DNA from: an archaeon
Lineage (GTDB): Archaea > Asgardarchaeota > Thorarchaeia > Thorarchaeales > Thorarchaeaceae
Direction: 5' to 3'
Length of the DNA stretch: 64,000 nt
Assembly: GCA_024276825.1 (NCBI GenBank)
Contig: JAJRWI010000010.1
Location: forward strand, 128,001-192,000
Made by a program: the position numbers and the translations under genes. The notes below the pieces were generated by a model that saw only the letters and a program-made list of their open reading frames with translations, did no database searches and had not been told where the DNA came from. Positions within the stretch are counted from its first letter, which is position 1. Every line of letters starts with the position of its first letter. Below, piece by piece: positions 19,707 through 29,627 of the stretch.

Positions 19707-20912
19707 TTGGTGATGAGCGTTCCACATAAGCGTGTACAACCGATAAAATACTCCCCAGTTTCAGCAAGAGAGATTCTGACTCAGATGAAGACAATCTCTG
19801 AGTTGATGATTGACCTTGCATATTCATCACTTCTGTTCTCAAACAAAGAACTTGGAAAATGGGTGATGGAGCTTGAGGACGTTGTTGACAGACTGGGCTA
19901 CCAGCTCTTTATGACTTTATCAATGTCAGTTCGCAGTAAGGATGATGCGGAGTTGTCAGTCGGGCTCTTCAGGGTCTGCGTGGCTGCAAATGGGATCTCT
20001 GATGCAGCAGCAGACATGGCATCTCTTGCAGTCATGGGACAGGAAGTCCATCCATCAATAAAGGGGGCTCTTCTCCAAGTGGAGGAGAGGCTAATTAATG
20101 CGCTTGTTGCCGACTCTTCAGAGATGAACGGTGCCACAATAGGACACATCTTGGATACTCATGACATAGGAGTTGATATAATCGCGGTAAGGAGGGACGG
20201 GTCGTGGACTGTGAACCCCGATGAGGACTTTGTACTGCAATCTGGGGATGTAATATTTGTCCGAGGAACTGATGTGGGAACCGATCAGCTCTTTGAGATT
20301 GCAACGGGCGAGCATCATAAGGAGGAAGAGGTCAATATTGAGGATAGACACTCAGAGTTGGTGCGACTGATCTTAAGAATGAAAGAAACCTCAGAGTTCA
20401 TGGTTTCTCTGGCTTATGCGGCTGTTAGATTTGATGACAAGGATCTGGCTCAAGAGGTGTCCGAGCTGGAAGATACAATGGATAGGCTGCATGAGATAGT
20501 GGGCAAGGAAACCCTGTCTCTTGGGCGCAACGATATACCCCATAGATGGACACTTCTACGGGTGGCCACCTCGTTAGAGGCCATTGCAGATGCAGCCTGG
20601 GAGATGGCGATGGTGCCCTTAAGCGGCCTTGACACGCACCCAATAATCAGGGCAATAGCAGATGAAGCGGAAGAGATTGTATCAAAGATAATTGTGAGGG
20701 AGGGATCCCCATTGATTGGAAAGAGGCTCAGGGATATTGCGCTTGATGACAGATATGGTCTATATGTACTCTCCATCAAGCGGGAGAATCATTGGTTCCA
20801 TAGACCATCAGAGGAGTTCAAGATTCAAGCAGGGGACTTGATGATAGTTGATGGTTATCGCACAGGAATGGAGGATCTTCGAAAGGACATACTGGAAACC
20901 AGTAATGGATAA
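19707..20912 (+). CDS. Tandem PhoU/TrkA-C (RCK_C) regulatory protein
   Basis: Two repeats of MK..SE.M..LAY PhoU helices, each followed by an IIAVRRDG/VLSIKRE...GD RCK_C domain. Confidence 0.85.
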   Translation: MVMSVPHKRVQPIKYSPVSAREILTQMKTISELMIDLAYSSLLFSNKELGKWVMELEDVVDRLGYQLFMTLSMSVRSKDDAELSVGLFRVCVAANGISDAAADMASLAVMGQEVHPSIKGALLQVEERLINALVADSSEMNGATIGHILDTHDIGVDIIAVRRDGSWTVNPDEDFVLQSGDVIFVRGTDVGTDQLFEIATGEHHKEEEVNIEDRHSELVRLILRMKETSEFMVSLAYAAVRFDDKDLAQEVSELEDTMDRLHEIVGKETLSLGRNDIPHRWTLLRVATSLEAIADAAWEMAMVPLSGLDTHPIIRAIADEAEEIVSKIIVREGSPLIGKRLRDIALDDRYGLYVLSIKRENHWFHRPSEEFKIQAGDLMIVDGYRTGMEDLRKDILETSNG

Positions 20913-20976
20913 TATGCAACATCATTGAGTGTAACAGTTCTATTAATGGATAGATTGAGAATATTGGATCAGGAAT

Positions 20977-22338
20977 ATGGGAAAACAAGGAGGCAGGAAC
21001 AAATGGCAGGAAGTGATGACGATGACCACCCAGCCCACGCGAGAGAAACAAGCATTGACGGAAGTCATGCCAAAACATCATGTTTCTAGAACCCTTCAGG
21101 ACCTTGTTGATAGATTAAAGGGTGCTACTGCACAGTTCAACGCATTCTCGCGGAAGGGGTCTTTCACAAGAACATTTGGACAATCAACAGTTTCACTCAT
21201 GTTTAATCTTGGAGGACTCCTTGCCGGATTCATTATGATATCATTCTTCAGTATTGTTTCAATTGTATCATGGGGGCTTCTCATATATCCTGGTATCCTA
21301 AGCCTTAGAGGGGTCTTAGGTGGAGTGTTCTCTGGACGACTGGGAAGTGGACTCCATACTGGTGAGATCAAACCCACAATGAGAGGAAACACGCATTCAT
21401 TCAATATGCTTTGGAGAGCACTGGTTGTGATAGCAATTCAAAGCACAGTGTTACTCTCGTTATTTGCTCTTTTGATTGGCACCTTCACAATAGGACTTCA
21501 TATTACAGACATTATTGAGATAGTCGTTGTCGTGGCGGCGACAATGGCGCTCTCTGTCATTCTTGTGGCACCAATAACGGCGGAGGTCTCGTTCAAGTCA
21601 TTCAAACATGGTCTTGATCCAGATGTCATGGTCTATCCAATAATGTCAACGGTTGCAGACATCACGGTTACATTTGTTTACATCCTCACCATAGTTTTGT
21701 ATAGTTCTGGACTCGCTGGCATGGCTATTACCCTAATTCTTGCACTGGGCCTTGTGGTCACATCAATCAAGTTCATAGCATCAAATTCCAGCGACTATTC
21801 ATTTCGAAAGACACTGCGTGAAACATTCCTCACAATTATGATAATATCGGTGATTGTCAATATTACTGGATCACTCTTGGAATCGGTGAACGAAACTATT
21901 GGAAATAGGCCAGAAGTGTATATGATCTATCCAGCATTGATTGACACGATGGGAGATGTCGGTTCAGTGGCGGGATCAACAGCCACAACAAAGATTGCAG
22001 TTGGTGCACTGCGCCCAAGACTGTTGTCCATCAGGAACCATGCGGCAGAAACTTTTGCAGCAATCACATCAGGACTTGTTCTATGCACGATGTTTATTGG
22101 AATCACGGGATTCATTCAGAACATGACTTTCTTGCCAATTGTAAGGTTCGGGCTAATTGTGTATTCAACTGGCTTTGTGGCTGCTTGCATAATGTCAATA
22201 ATAGCATTCATAATAGCCATCTTGACCTATAAACGAGGGTGGGACCCAGACAATTTTGTCATCCCTATCGAGAGTTCCATCGCTGATACAATAACCTCTG
22301 CAATTCTACTGATTGTGTTGATTCTCTTCATGTACTAG
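20977..22338 (+). CDS. MgtE/SLC41-type divalent cation transporter (two membrane repeats)
   Basis: GLDPDVMVYPIMSTVAD and GWDPDNFVIPIESSIAD. Confidence 0.88.
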   Translation: MGKQGGRNKWQEVMTMTTQPTREKQALTEVMPKHHVSRTLQDLVDRLKGATAQFNAFSRKGSFTRTFGQSTVSLMFNLGGLLAGFIMISFFSIVSIVSWGLLIYPGILSLRGVLGGVFSGRLGSGLHTGEIKPTMRGNTHSFNMLWRALVVIAIQSTVLLSLFALLIGTFTIGLHITDIIEIVVVVAATMALSVILVAPITAEVSFKSFKHGLDPDVMVYPIMSTVADITVTFVYILTIVLYSSGLAGMAITLILALGLVVTSIKFIASNSSDYSFRKTLRETFLTIMIISVIVNITGSLLESVNETIGNRPEVYMIYPALIDTMGDVGSVAGSTATTKIAVGALRPRLLSIRNHAAETFAAITSGLVLCTMFIGITGFIQNMTFLPIVRFGLIVYSTGFVAACIMSIIAFIIAILTYKRGWDPDNFVIPIESSIADTITSAILLIVLILFMY

Positions 22339-22342
22339 AAGA

Positions 22343-23275
22343 ATGCATGATAACCATGGGAACACGTTATCCATGTCATTATTCAGGCACACTAATCTTA
22401 TTTTGAAATACGTTTCTGATTATTCGAGGTCGCGATATAGTTTGTCAAATTCACGGTTGATACTCGGAGTCTGGCTGATAGAGAGAAGTTCAGGAAAGAA
22501 CCTGATATCTCTGACATTTACAGACGTCGAGATAGACATGGACCTGTTTGCTCCATTCCTGTCAGCCACAAAGTTTCTCATTGACACCGCGTCATCCGAG
22601 TCCCTTGAGATGATAAACACGGAAGGGCGGCGGTATGTATGGCATTCCAATGACTGGTTCTTGATTGTCTTAGCAATATCAAAGAGAGCACGTGTTGCAC
22701 ATATGCGATTTCTACTCAATTATGCCCTGAATGAGTTCATGAATAAGGCCATTCCCTCAAACACATCTGTGGACGAGTTCTTGCGTAAATGGGATGGCAC
22801 TCCGCGTCCATTTAGAGAGTATGAGGATTTCCTCAGAGTGCTCATTGACCAATTCGAGCAGACCGATGAATCATTATTGGCGGGGAAGGCCATGGACTGC
22901 TTAGCAGTATACAGCCACATCTTTACGGCAATTCTGAGAACCAATATGAAAGATGACACTCGTGAAAAACTTGTGTCTAGAATAAGAGAAGAGCTGGGAA
23001 ACCTCATCAAGGATGACTCGGCATTCAAGGGAATTCTCATTGATAAGAGGGGAATTGATGTTCTATCCATTAATCCAACTATGTGCTCGTATAAAGTTCT
23101 CCGAACAAGACTTGACCAGATCCTTGAGATTGTTTCAAACATCGCCAAAGACCTAATCCCTAAAAGAGACTACAATAAAATGCTCTTGGAGCAGCTCATA
23201 CCATACATGAAAAGGGATATTGACCGTTTGGAAACCTATTCCATTCTGGATGACATTATCCGTCTGGTCTTCTAG
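22343..23275 (+). CDS. Longin-like domain protein with helical C-terminal extension (start probably ~22457)
   Basis: GVWLIERSSGKNLI...DMDLFAPFLSA...WDG...FREYEDFL, a pattern typical of Asgard longin domains. Confidence 0.6.
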   Translation: MHDNHGNTLSMSLFRHTNLILKYVSDYSRSRYSLSNSRLILGVWLIERSSGKNLISLTFTDVEIDMDLFAPFLSATKFLIDTASSESLEMINTEGRRYVWHSNDWFLIVLAISKRARVAHMRFLLNYALNEFMNKAIPSNTSVDEFLRKWDGTPRPFREYEDFLRVLIDQFEQTDESLLAGKAMDCLAVYSHIFTAILRTNMKDDTREKLVSRIREELGNLIKDDSAFKGILIDKRGIDVLSINPTMCSYKVLRTRLDQILEIVSNIAKDLIPKRDYNKMLLEQLIPYMKRDIDRLETYSILDDIIRLVF

Positions 23276-24615
23276 ACTTTCGCAAGCATTATGACCTCTC
23301 TCTGAACAATCTGGCCCCGCTTACGCTCATAGATACGTAATCGGTTGGGCGATATCTTTAGTCGGTCATCAGTAATCTTCTCGCTGTGAAATGCCCTTTC
23401 GGGCAATAAGTATTGAACACTAAGATCAGTATTCTTCACAAGCTGGTCGAGATTGAGTGTGACCTGTCCATCATCAGAATTGATTGCAGGAATTGTCATA
23501 CTGATGCGCCCACCAGGCTTCAACCGTTTTTCGAGTGCCTGCAATGTGGAAGTATAGAGCTCTGTCAACTCACGAATCTGTTTCTCGGCAGCGGTCCTCG
23601 TAGGAGGGCTATCATATAATGGTCCAAGGTCTGGCTCGAAGGCAATAGCATCAACATCAAAGGGTATTATGCGATCTGCATCTCGGGCGTCACCAAGAAG
23701 AATTGTAAAGTCAAAGCGCTGACCCATCTCATGTCCCAGCCACTTTAGGTTAGATATTGCACCTTGTACCACATCAGGATTGATATCGATTCCAACACAT
23801 TTCATGTCTAAAAGTGCCGCTTCCATCAGGAGTGTGCCAGTACCACAGAATGGGTCAAGGACCGTATCACCAGCACGTGCACCAGCAAGACTCAATAGAG
23901 TTCGACATAGTTTGGGACTTGTACTAATGCCTGCTGAAATGTAAGGCCTTGCCTCGTCCCTAAATTGCTGTAGTTGGGAGTCGTAGACAGCACGGCTTTT
24001 TGCAAGATATAATGAGGTTTCAGTAAACACTGCTAGGATCTCTGCATTTGGCGGTGTCAGGAGATTATGTCGTGCGATGGTTGCAGGCCAGAGGGCGGTA
24101 TTGGGCCTGCTCGCATTTCTTCTGTCGGGCTCTTCATACGCGTAGTACACTGCCTTCTTGGCGCCCATCTGAACCAGTTTCTGCTTAATCCATTCATCCA
24201 TACCTAATGTGAACCTCTTGAGGTCAATACGTGGGGCTGATGGTATTGAGGGATATGAACTCACTCCGAATTTGATTCGCTTTCCTGAAACTCTTCTCCA
24301 TACATTATCAACCCAGTTGCATTCTCTCAGGGCCAGTCTTGCATTCTTTCTTATGCGACCCTGTTTGGGAAACGCATTCCTTGCAATCTTTACATCATAC
24401 TGTTTCACAACATGTCCTATCTTGAAACACCCGCCGAGAGAGGCCTGTATATCAATGAGTTCCTCACCGCTGAGAGTAGATGTTGTTCTCACAATTGCTG
24501 CTGTTCTAGAGTGGTCCACAATCTCTTCAAACACACCACGATCATCTAGGCGAACTATCAGTTCAGCAATGCTAAGCAACCAATTCTTTCCAAGTATAAA
24601 GACATACAGACTCAT
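23272..24615 (-). CDS. Trm11/TrmG10-like SAM-dependent RNA methyltransferase
   Basis: STSPKLCRTL, VLDPFCGTGT, GIDIN, GDAR, FEPDLG. Confidence 0.75.
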   Translation of the reverse strand: MSLYVFILGKNWLLSIAELIVRLDDRGVFEEIVDHSRTAAIVRTTSTLSGEELIDIQASLGGCFKIGHVVKQYDVKIARNAFPKQGRIRKNARLALRECNWVDNVWRRVSGKRIKFGVSSYPSIPSAPRIDLKRFTLGMDEWIKQKLVQMGAKKAVYYAYEEPDRRNASRPNTALWPATIARHNLLTPPNAEILAVFTETSLYLAKSRAVYDSQLQQFRDEARPYISAGISTSPKLCRTLLSLAGARAGDTVLDPFCGTGTLLMEAALLDMKCVGIDINPDVVQGAISNLKWLGHEMGQRFDFTILLGDARDADRIIPFDVDAIAFEPDLGPLYDSPPTRTAAEKQIRELTELYTSTLQALEKRLKPGGRISMTIPAINSDDGQVTLNLDQLVKNTDLSVQYLLPERAFHSEKITDDRLKISPNRLRIYERKRGQIVQREVIMLAKV

Positions 24616-25466
24616 GATTTTGTCCTCGTCAGCTCATCCAATAGAGCCTTTGCATATAATGCTCCTCTAATAGGAACAGGGGTCTCGGAGATTATCACAG
24701 GACTATATCCCTGTTCAAGAATAATGTCCATCAAGGGCGCAATATCGGGACCCCAAGACTCTCCCAGAGGCTTGTGTGAACTCTCGCCAGCCTTGGTATA
24801 GACGATTCCACTGACATGAAAGTGCATATTGTCAGTGAACTTCTTTCCAAGAGCATCCTCAAATTGATTGATTATCTTAAGGTAGTCATCATAACTCTTG
24901 ATTGCACCCTGTCTGCGAGCATAGATATGAGCCCAGTCGATTGTTGGTATTATCCCCTCATGCCCCGAACATAAGTTGATTATCTCTTCAACAGAACCAA
25001 ATGCATTGACCTTCCCTGCAACCTCAGGAGAGAGGTGTGCTCCACCAGCGGCATCACCAGCAACATCCCATACATCTTCCAGTGCCTTTCGAATCACTCT
25101 AAATGTCTCGTCATCGCTCAGACCACCACGTGTGCCAGGATGAAACACAATCCGCTTGACATTCATCAGTGGAGCAAATCGAAGTGCCTTGATCAGACGC
25201 TCTTTGGAACGTTCGCGAGTTTCTTCCTTCTTCGAAGCAAGGCTTATGAAATATGCAGCATGCAATGACATGAATATCCTAGATTCTCTTGACAGGTCTC
25301 CAATAACCTTCGCAGCTTTTTCTGATGTCCTGAGACCGTATACTGCCGCATACTCCAGAGCATCAAGACCACTCTCTTCGAGTATCTCAAAGACTCTCTT
25401 GACATTGCCCTTTGCCTCATCAGGATAGCCTGAAGGCCCAAAACGGACTCTACTCAGAGTGATCAT
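24612..25466 (-). CDS. nfo: Endonuclease IV-like TIM-barrel protein
   Basis: SLHAAYFISL, VFHPG, E-GK..FGS, IDWAH, HFHVSG, ISE; ATGA-coupled to its neighbours. Confidence 0.85.
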   Translation of the reverse strand: MITLSRVRFGPSGYPDEAKGNVKRVFEILEESGLDALEYAAVYGLRTSEKAAKVIGDLSRESRIFMSLHAAYFISLASKKEETRERSKERLIKALRFAPLMNVKRIVFHPGTRGGLSDDETFRVIRKALEDVWDVAGDAAGGAHLSPEVAGKVNAFGSVEEIINLCSGHEGIIPTIDWAHIYARRQGAIKSYDDYLKIINQFEDALGKKFTDNMHFHVSGIVYTKAGESSHKPLGESWGPDIAPLMDIILEQGYSPVIISETPVPIRGALYAKALLDELTRTKS

Positions 25467-25993
25467 TCCTCCATTGTAAACTCCCATGCGCAGTAGTATT
25501 CATCAGGATGGGGGTCAGGTGGACAGGCAATGCAACGAGTCTTAATGCGTGGGTCGATTGTCTTTGCAAATTCAGTGTACTCGATTATGCCAACTTCCTT
25601 GCACGGAAAGTCGGGAAGGCCCTTTCGTTTTCGAGCGGTCTGAACACGACACTCATTCATTCTGAATATCAGTGTGTTGTCATTCACCCATTCACTGGAT
25701 TGCTTGTTAAGGCGTGCATAGACACGGAATTTGAGTGCCATGTCTAGTGACCTGAGACCGCCCCCCGGCTCAATCCCCATCTCCCTCATGATTCGTTTAG
25801 CCTCAATTGGAGAGAATATCTTCCATGCCTCCTTGTCCATCTCAATCGCAACATCAATTCCGTACTTTTTCTCAAGAGCCAGAAAATACGCCCCATCCAT
25901 TGCTTGCCAAGCTTTTGCATACATATCAATTATCTTCAACAGAGTTTCTCTGGGGAGTTCTTCGAACATTGCCTTCACTCTCATGATTGGCAA
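25463..25993 (-). CDS. DUF6125/V4R-like small-molecule-binding protein
   Basis: W.AMDG.YF, ECRVQTARKRKGLPDFPC, CIACPPD...CAWEF. Confidence 0.65.
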   Translation of the reverse strand: MPIMRVKAMFEELPRETLLKIIDMYAKAWQAMDGAYFLALEKKYGIDVAIEMDKEAWKIFSPIEAKRIMREMGIEPGGGLRSLDMALKFRVYARLNKQSSEWVNDNTLIFRMNECRVQTARKRKGLPDFPCKEVGIIEYTEFAKTIDPRIKTRCIACPPDPHPDEYYCAWEFTMEE

Positions 25994-26095
25994 TGCATGC
26001 TGCGATTTTAGTCATTTGCTTGAGGATTATGTAATGAATAACTTTCGGAACTCTTTAATGAGAGATGCATAAGTCTGTATCTGGAGACCTCGACC

Positions 26096-27010
26096 ATGTC
26101 CGACAAGTCCAGAAAAACAGATCCCAAAGCATTTGTGAGTATAATAAGACCACAGAACTGCATCATCGGCGGACTCACAGTCATCTCGGGTATTGCAATC
26201 GCTCATCGCATTGCTCAACCATTAGTACCTATGGGCCAATTCCAGAATCTGTTTGTCCTTGGATACTTCATCTACTTCTTTGTGGCAGCTGCTGGAAATG
26301 TTGTGAATGATATATTTGATATTGAGATTGATAGGATTAACAGGCCACATCGGGCCTTGCCAAGCGGAAGAATGACCGTAAGGCAGGCTTGGATATATGT
26401 TGTCATTTTGAGTTCAATTGGTGCTCTTCTGGCATTAATTGTTGGGCTGTACTCCTTTGTGATAGTAGTATTCTTTGAGGTTGTTGGCTACTATTATGCT
26501 GCAAAGGGAAAGGAGCTTGGAATTGCTGGAAATCTGATGGTGGCATTCTCTTTTGCATTTGGCACGGTCTATGGCTCATTCATATATGGCGAAACAATTG
26601 GGCAGTTCATAATTCCAACACCAACTTGGCTTTTCTTCATCACCGCATTCATGATCTTGCAAGCTCGTGAGACCATCAAGGGAGCAGAGGATGTGGAAGG
26701 CGATGAGCTGAGAGATGTCCGCACAATTGCAAGAGTGTATGGACACAGAGCGGCCGCAGGGGTTTCTGCCATACTAAACCTGATAGGAATAACTTGCTAC
26801 ATTCTAATCTGGTATTTGGGTTATGCGAGCTTTAATCTCTGGCCACTTTTGCTTGCAGGTGTCATTGCTGTTTTGGGGGCCGCTATTGCGCCACTCGCAG
26901 GACCGGAAGATAAGAAAAAGCTGCTGATCGGCAGCACCTTGGACAAAGTTGGAGCATTAATCGGACTGATAGCATTCGTCGTGATACCATTCTACGGTGC
27001 GGTGTTCTAA
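26096..27010 (+). CDS. Digeranylgeranylglyceryl phosphate synthase (UbiA family)
   Basis: NDIFDIEIDRINRPHRALPSG, RETIKGAEDVEGD. Confidence 0.85.
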   Translation: MSDKSRKTDPKAFVSIIRPQNCIIGGLTVISGIAIAHRIAQPLVPMGQFQNLFVLGYFIYFFVAAAGNVVNDIFDIEIDRINRPHRALPSGRMTVRQAWIYVVILSSIGALLALIVGLYSFVIVVFFEVVGYYYAAKGKELGIAGNLMVAFSFAFGTVYGSFIYGETIGQFIIPTPTWLFFITAFMILQARETIKGAEDVEGDELRDVRTIARVYGHRAAAGVSAILNLIGITCYILIWYLGYASFNLWPLLLAGVIAVLGAAIAPLAGPEDKKKLLIGSTLDKVGALIGLIAFVVIPFYGAVF

Positions 27011-27013
27011 TTG

Positions 27014-27820
27014 TCAGTGAACTTGCCAGAATGTCCAGATCAGTACAATCATACACAATATGGAAACGATAAATGCCCACTGTGTTGATGTATCGTGGGC
27101 CTCACGTATTCCAAATATCAGCAGAAATCCGACCCAGAAGAATGAAGCCACTGTCAGGTAATCAATTATTAGCCACATAGGAGACTCATATAGACCCAAT
27201 ATTGCAGCGGTCAATGCTGCCTGCGTGTTCACACTATACGTGGGAGCCATGGTGAAGACCACAATCAATGCCAGTAGTCTGAACAGCACAACTGGAAGCA
27301 TGCTATAACCCACAATTGCAATAGTCTTACGCTTGTTTCCCCTACCACCTGTGATCTTGAATGCGAGATGTGCAAATGCAGAGCCAAGAATCAGATAGAT
27401 AAAGCCCAGTAGAACATTTGGCAGAATGGAAACAAGTGCACTAAGATATAATCCGCCACTATAGGGAGTGTTTAAGACACTCACATCAGTAAGGGTTCCA
27501 TTGATATTAACAGAAACCGTGAGCTTGGACATCATTGCCAACAAAAAGCCTGCAAGAACTACAGCATTTGCTATTATTATGAGAAATGGGCCCACCATAT
27601 CGGGGCGCTGAGCGATGTCACGATATGTTGGACTCGGTCTCAAAATGACTCCGAGAAGACGTTCGAATGGGTTCATATAGCGGATGTCAGGCGCCTCGGG
27701 TCGCTTGAGGAGTGGAAGAATTCTCTCAAGGGTCTCCTCTGCAATCTCTTCCTTGCAGACTGGACAGACAGTTGCATCAGCAGGAACCGGTGAGTCGCAG
27801 AACGCGCAACGACGGACCAT
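27014..27820 (-). CDS. Zinc-ribbon plus Yip1-domain membrane protein
   Basis: CAFC...CPVC; VILRPSPTYRDI, HLAFKITGG.G, VGYSMLP; five TM helices. Confidence 0.75.
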   Translation of the reverse strand: MVRRCAFCDSPVPADATVCPVCKEEIAEETLERILPLLKRPEAPDIRYMNPFERLLGVILRPSPTYRDIAQRPDMVGPFLIIIANAVVLAGFLLAMMSKLTVSVNINGTLTDVSVLNTPYSGGLYLSALVSILPNVLLGFIYLILGSAFAHLAFKITGGRGNKRKTIAIVGYSMLPVVLFRLLALIVVFTMAPTYSVNTQAALTAAILGLYESPMWLIIDYLTVASFFWVGFLLIFGIREAHDTSTQWAFIVSILCMIVLIWTFWQVH

Positions 27821-27896
27821 TTGTCACTCCTCGTAATCTGGTCACACTTTAGATTGCTAATCATAATATAGCGGTTTCTACGATTGAAACCATTTG

Positions 27897-27927
27897 AAAA
27901 AAAGTAAAGGGGCCCCCTCCGGCCCCT
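27897..27927 (-). terminator. Hairpin plus T-run terminator of the ECF S gene
   Basis: AGGGGCC-6nt-GGCCCCT at 27908-27927, followed on the minus strand by TTACTTTTTTT. Confidence 0.6.
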
Positions 27928-27938
27928 CGCGAATTGGT

Positions 27939-28580
27939 TCACCACAGTTTAAAGTGCTCATAGAGCGGAGTCTTGAACACTATCATATATGGGATCACAG
28001 CATCCCATGTCCCTTGAAAGAGGTTTAGTACAACTGTCAGATACACTATTTCTTCAAGAGTGACGAAGGGATACAGGAGCGGGACTAGAACTATGTTTAC
28101 TGCAAGCATGAATACTAGTCTGACAACAAAAGCCACCAGCATCACTTTGAAATACAGTGATGCATTGGATAAAACAAATCCACCATGCAAGAGTGTTCTT
28201 TTTCTCGTGAGCAGATATGGTACTGCAATCATCGGAAGTGTTGCCAAGAACTTGAACATGGGACCGATTCCGGTTGGGTCCCAAATAAATAGACCAAAGG
28301 TTCCAGCAACCATACTAATACTACCAACACGATAGCCACCTATGAGAAATGCGATTATCCAGAATAGTGATACAGGGTCGAATAATGCAATTCCCCATGA
28401 GGCCCTAGCGAGTATTGACGCCGAAGGCGCAATTGCAATTGAGAGAGATGCAAGGAGGGCAGACACTGCAATCTCCTTTGCTCCTTTCTTGCGATTATTG
28501 ATGTCTATCGGCTCCAATTCAGAGGTCTCTGTTATTGTAACTGCTTCCACGCTGTTTTCATGATGTCTGGGTTCTGTCAT
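27939..28580 (-). CDS. ECF transporter S component
   Basis: A...LA.LS, FDPVSL, PTGIGPMFKFLAT; ~6 TM helices. Confidence 0.7.
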   Translation of the reverse strand: MTEPRHHENSVEAVTITETSELEPIDINNRKKGAKEIAVSALLASLSIAIAPSASILARASWGIALFDPVSLFWIIAFLIGGYRVGSISMVAGTFGLFIWDPTGIGPMFKFLATLPMIAVPYLLTRKRTLLHGGFVLSNASLYFKVMLVAFVVRLVFMLAVNIVLVPLLYPFVTLEEIVYLTVVLNLFQGTWDAVIPYMIVFKTPLYEHFKLW

Positions 28581-28603
28581 GGTTAAGGCTCAGAATGCGC
28601 CCC

Positions 28604-28646
28604 TTATAAAATTACTCATTGAGTAGTAAATACCCATAATTGAGTA
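28604..28646 (-). promoter_or_regulatory. TATA box with upstream palindromic operator candidate
   Basis: TTTTATAA (minus) ~24 nt before the ATG at 28580; TACTCA-T-TGAGTA at 28613-28625 and a related site ending ~28646. Confidence 0.45.
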
Positions 28647-28654
28647 TATCAGTA

Positions 28655-29122
28655 TCAATAGCTATCAAGGATTTTTTGGATATGATCATGCAATCGTTCC
28701 TCGGGTGGCACAAACAACCTTCCGCGTTCTAGCATCCGCAACAAAAATCGTGTAGATTCGAGAAGATCAGGATTGATTCGCCATTCAGCCCATTCTATCC
28801 CCGAGTGAAGAGAGGTCCTGCTTAATACGAGCTTGGAAGATATCAACTCATTAAGCCCATTTAGAATTGTCCCGATAGTTACCGCTCCTATTACTGGGCG
28901 TATCTCGCGTGCCACCCTCAGAAGTTCAGATGTGCTCACCCAACCACCATTCTCGATAAGTAGTTTAAGGATCTTTGATCGGACTGGGTCGTTCTCAAGA
29001 ACTCCTTTGAGGGGCGCAAGATTCGCCGGACGCGAGGGGCGCTCATGTTCCCTTGGGCTCTCCCATGGCTCGAGAATCTTGTCAAATCGGATTTGTCGAA
29101 AGTCCATTGTGACATTCTCCAT
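28655..29122 (-). CDS. Hypothetical winged-helix-like protein
   Basis: DPVRSKILKLLIENGGWVSTSELL pattern. Confidence 0.55.
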   Translation of the reverse strand: MENVTMDFRQIRFDKILEPWESPREHERPSRPANLAPLKGVLENDPVRSKILKLLIENGGWVSTSELLRVAREIRPVIGAVTIGTILNGLNELISSKLVLSRTSLHSGIEWAEWRINPDLLESTRFLLRMLERGRLFVPPEERLHDHIQKILDSY

Positions 29123-29216
29123 GACCTTAGACAGCGCAAGTTCATTTTAAACACAGTATTACATTGGTTGTGCGTCACAATTCACAACCCTTATCTTAGT
29201 TTACACACTAGAGAGA

Positions 29217-29597
29217 ATGATGACAACCCATAACCAGATTGAGAACTTATTCTCTCGAAGCTTTGAGAAACCATCAGACCTCTTATGTTGTGCATTTGGT
29301 CTGAAAAACAGTGAGATTGACACATATTTCTCACTACTATCAGGACCAAAGACTGTAGAGGAGATCAGGTCAGTTGTTGAATGCGATAGGAGTACAGTCC
29401 AGAGAGCACTGATGAAGCTACGAAACAAAGGTCTTGTGGAAAGGGAGATTCGACATATCAAAAGAGGGGGCTACTACTATGTGTATAGAGCCCTATCTGC
29501 CGACGATGTACGAAGAATAATCCTTGACCTTCTTGAGAAGTGGTACCGCGAAACCAAAAAGTTATTGTTGGCCACATGGCCCGAGCAGCTTGAATAA
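29217..29597 (+). CDS. TrmB-like HTH transcriptional regulator
   Basis: C.FGL..SE..TY, DRSTVQRALMKL..KGLV.R, GGYYYVY. Confidence 0.85.
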   Translation: MMTTHNQIENLFSRSFEKPSDLLCCAFGLKNSEIDTYFSLLSGPKTVEEIRSVVECDRSTVQRALMKLRNKGLVEREIRHIKRGGYYYVYRALSADDVRRIILDLLEKWYRETKKLLLATWPEQLE

Positions 29598-29627
29598 AAC
29601 AGAAATCTTCAGGTTGGTAGATCAGCA

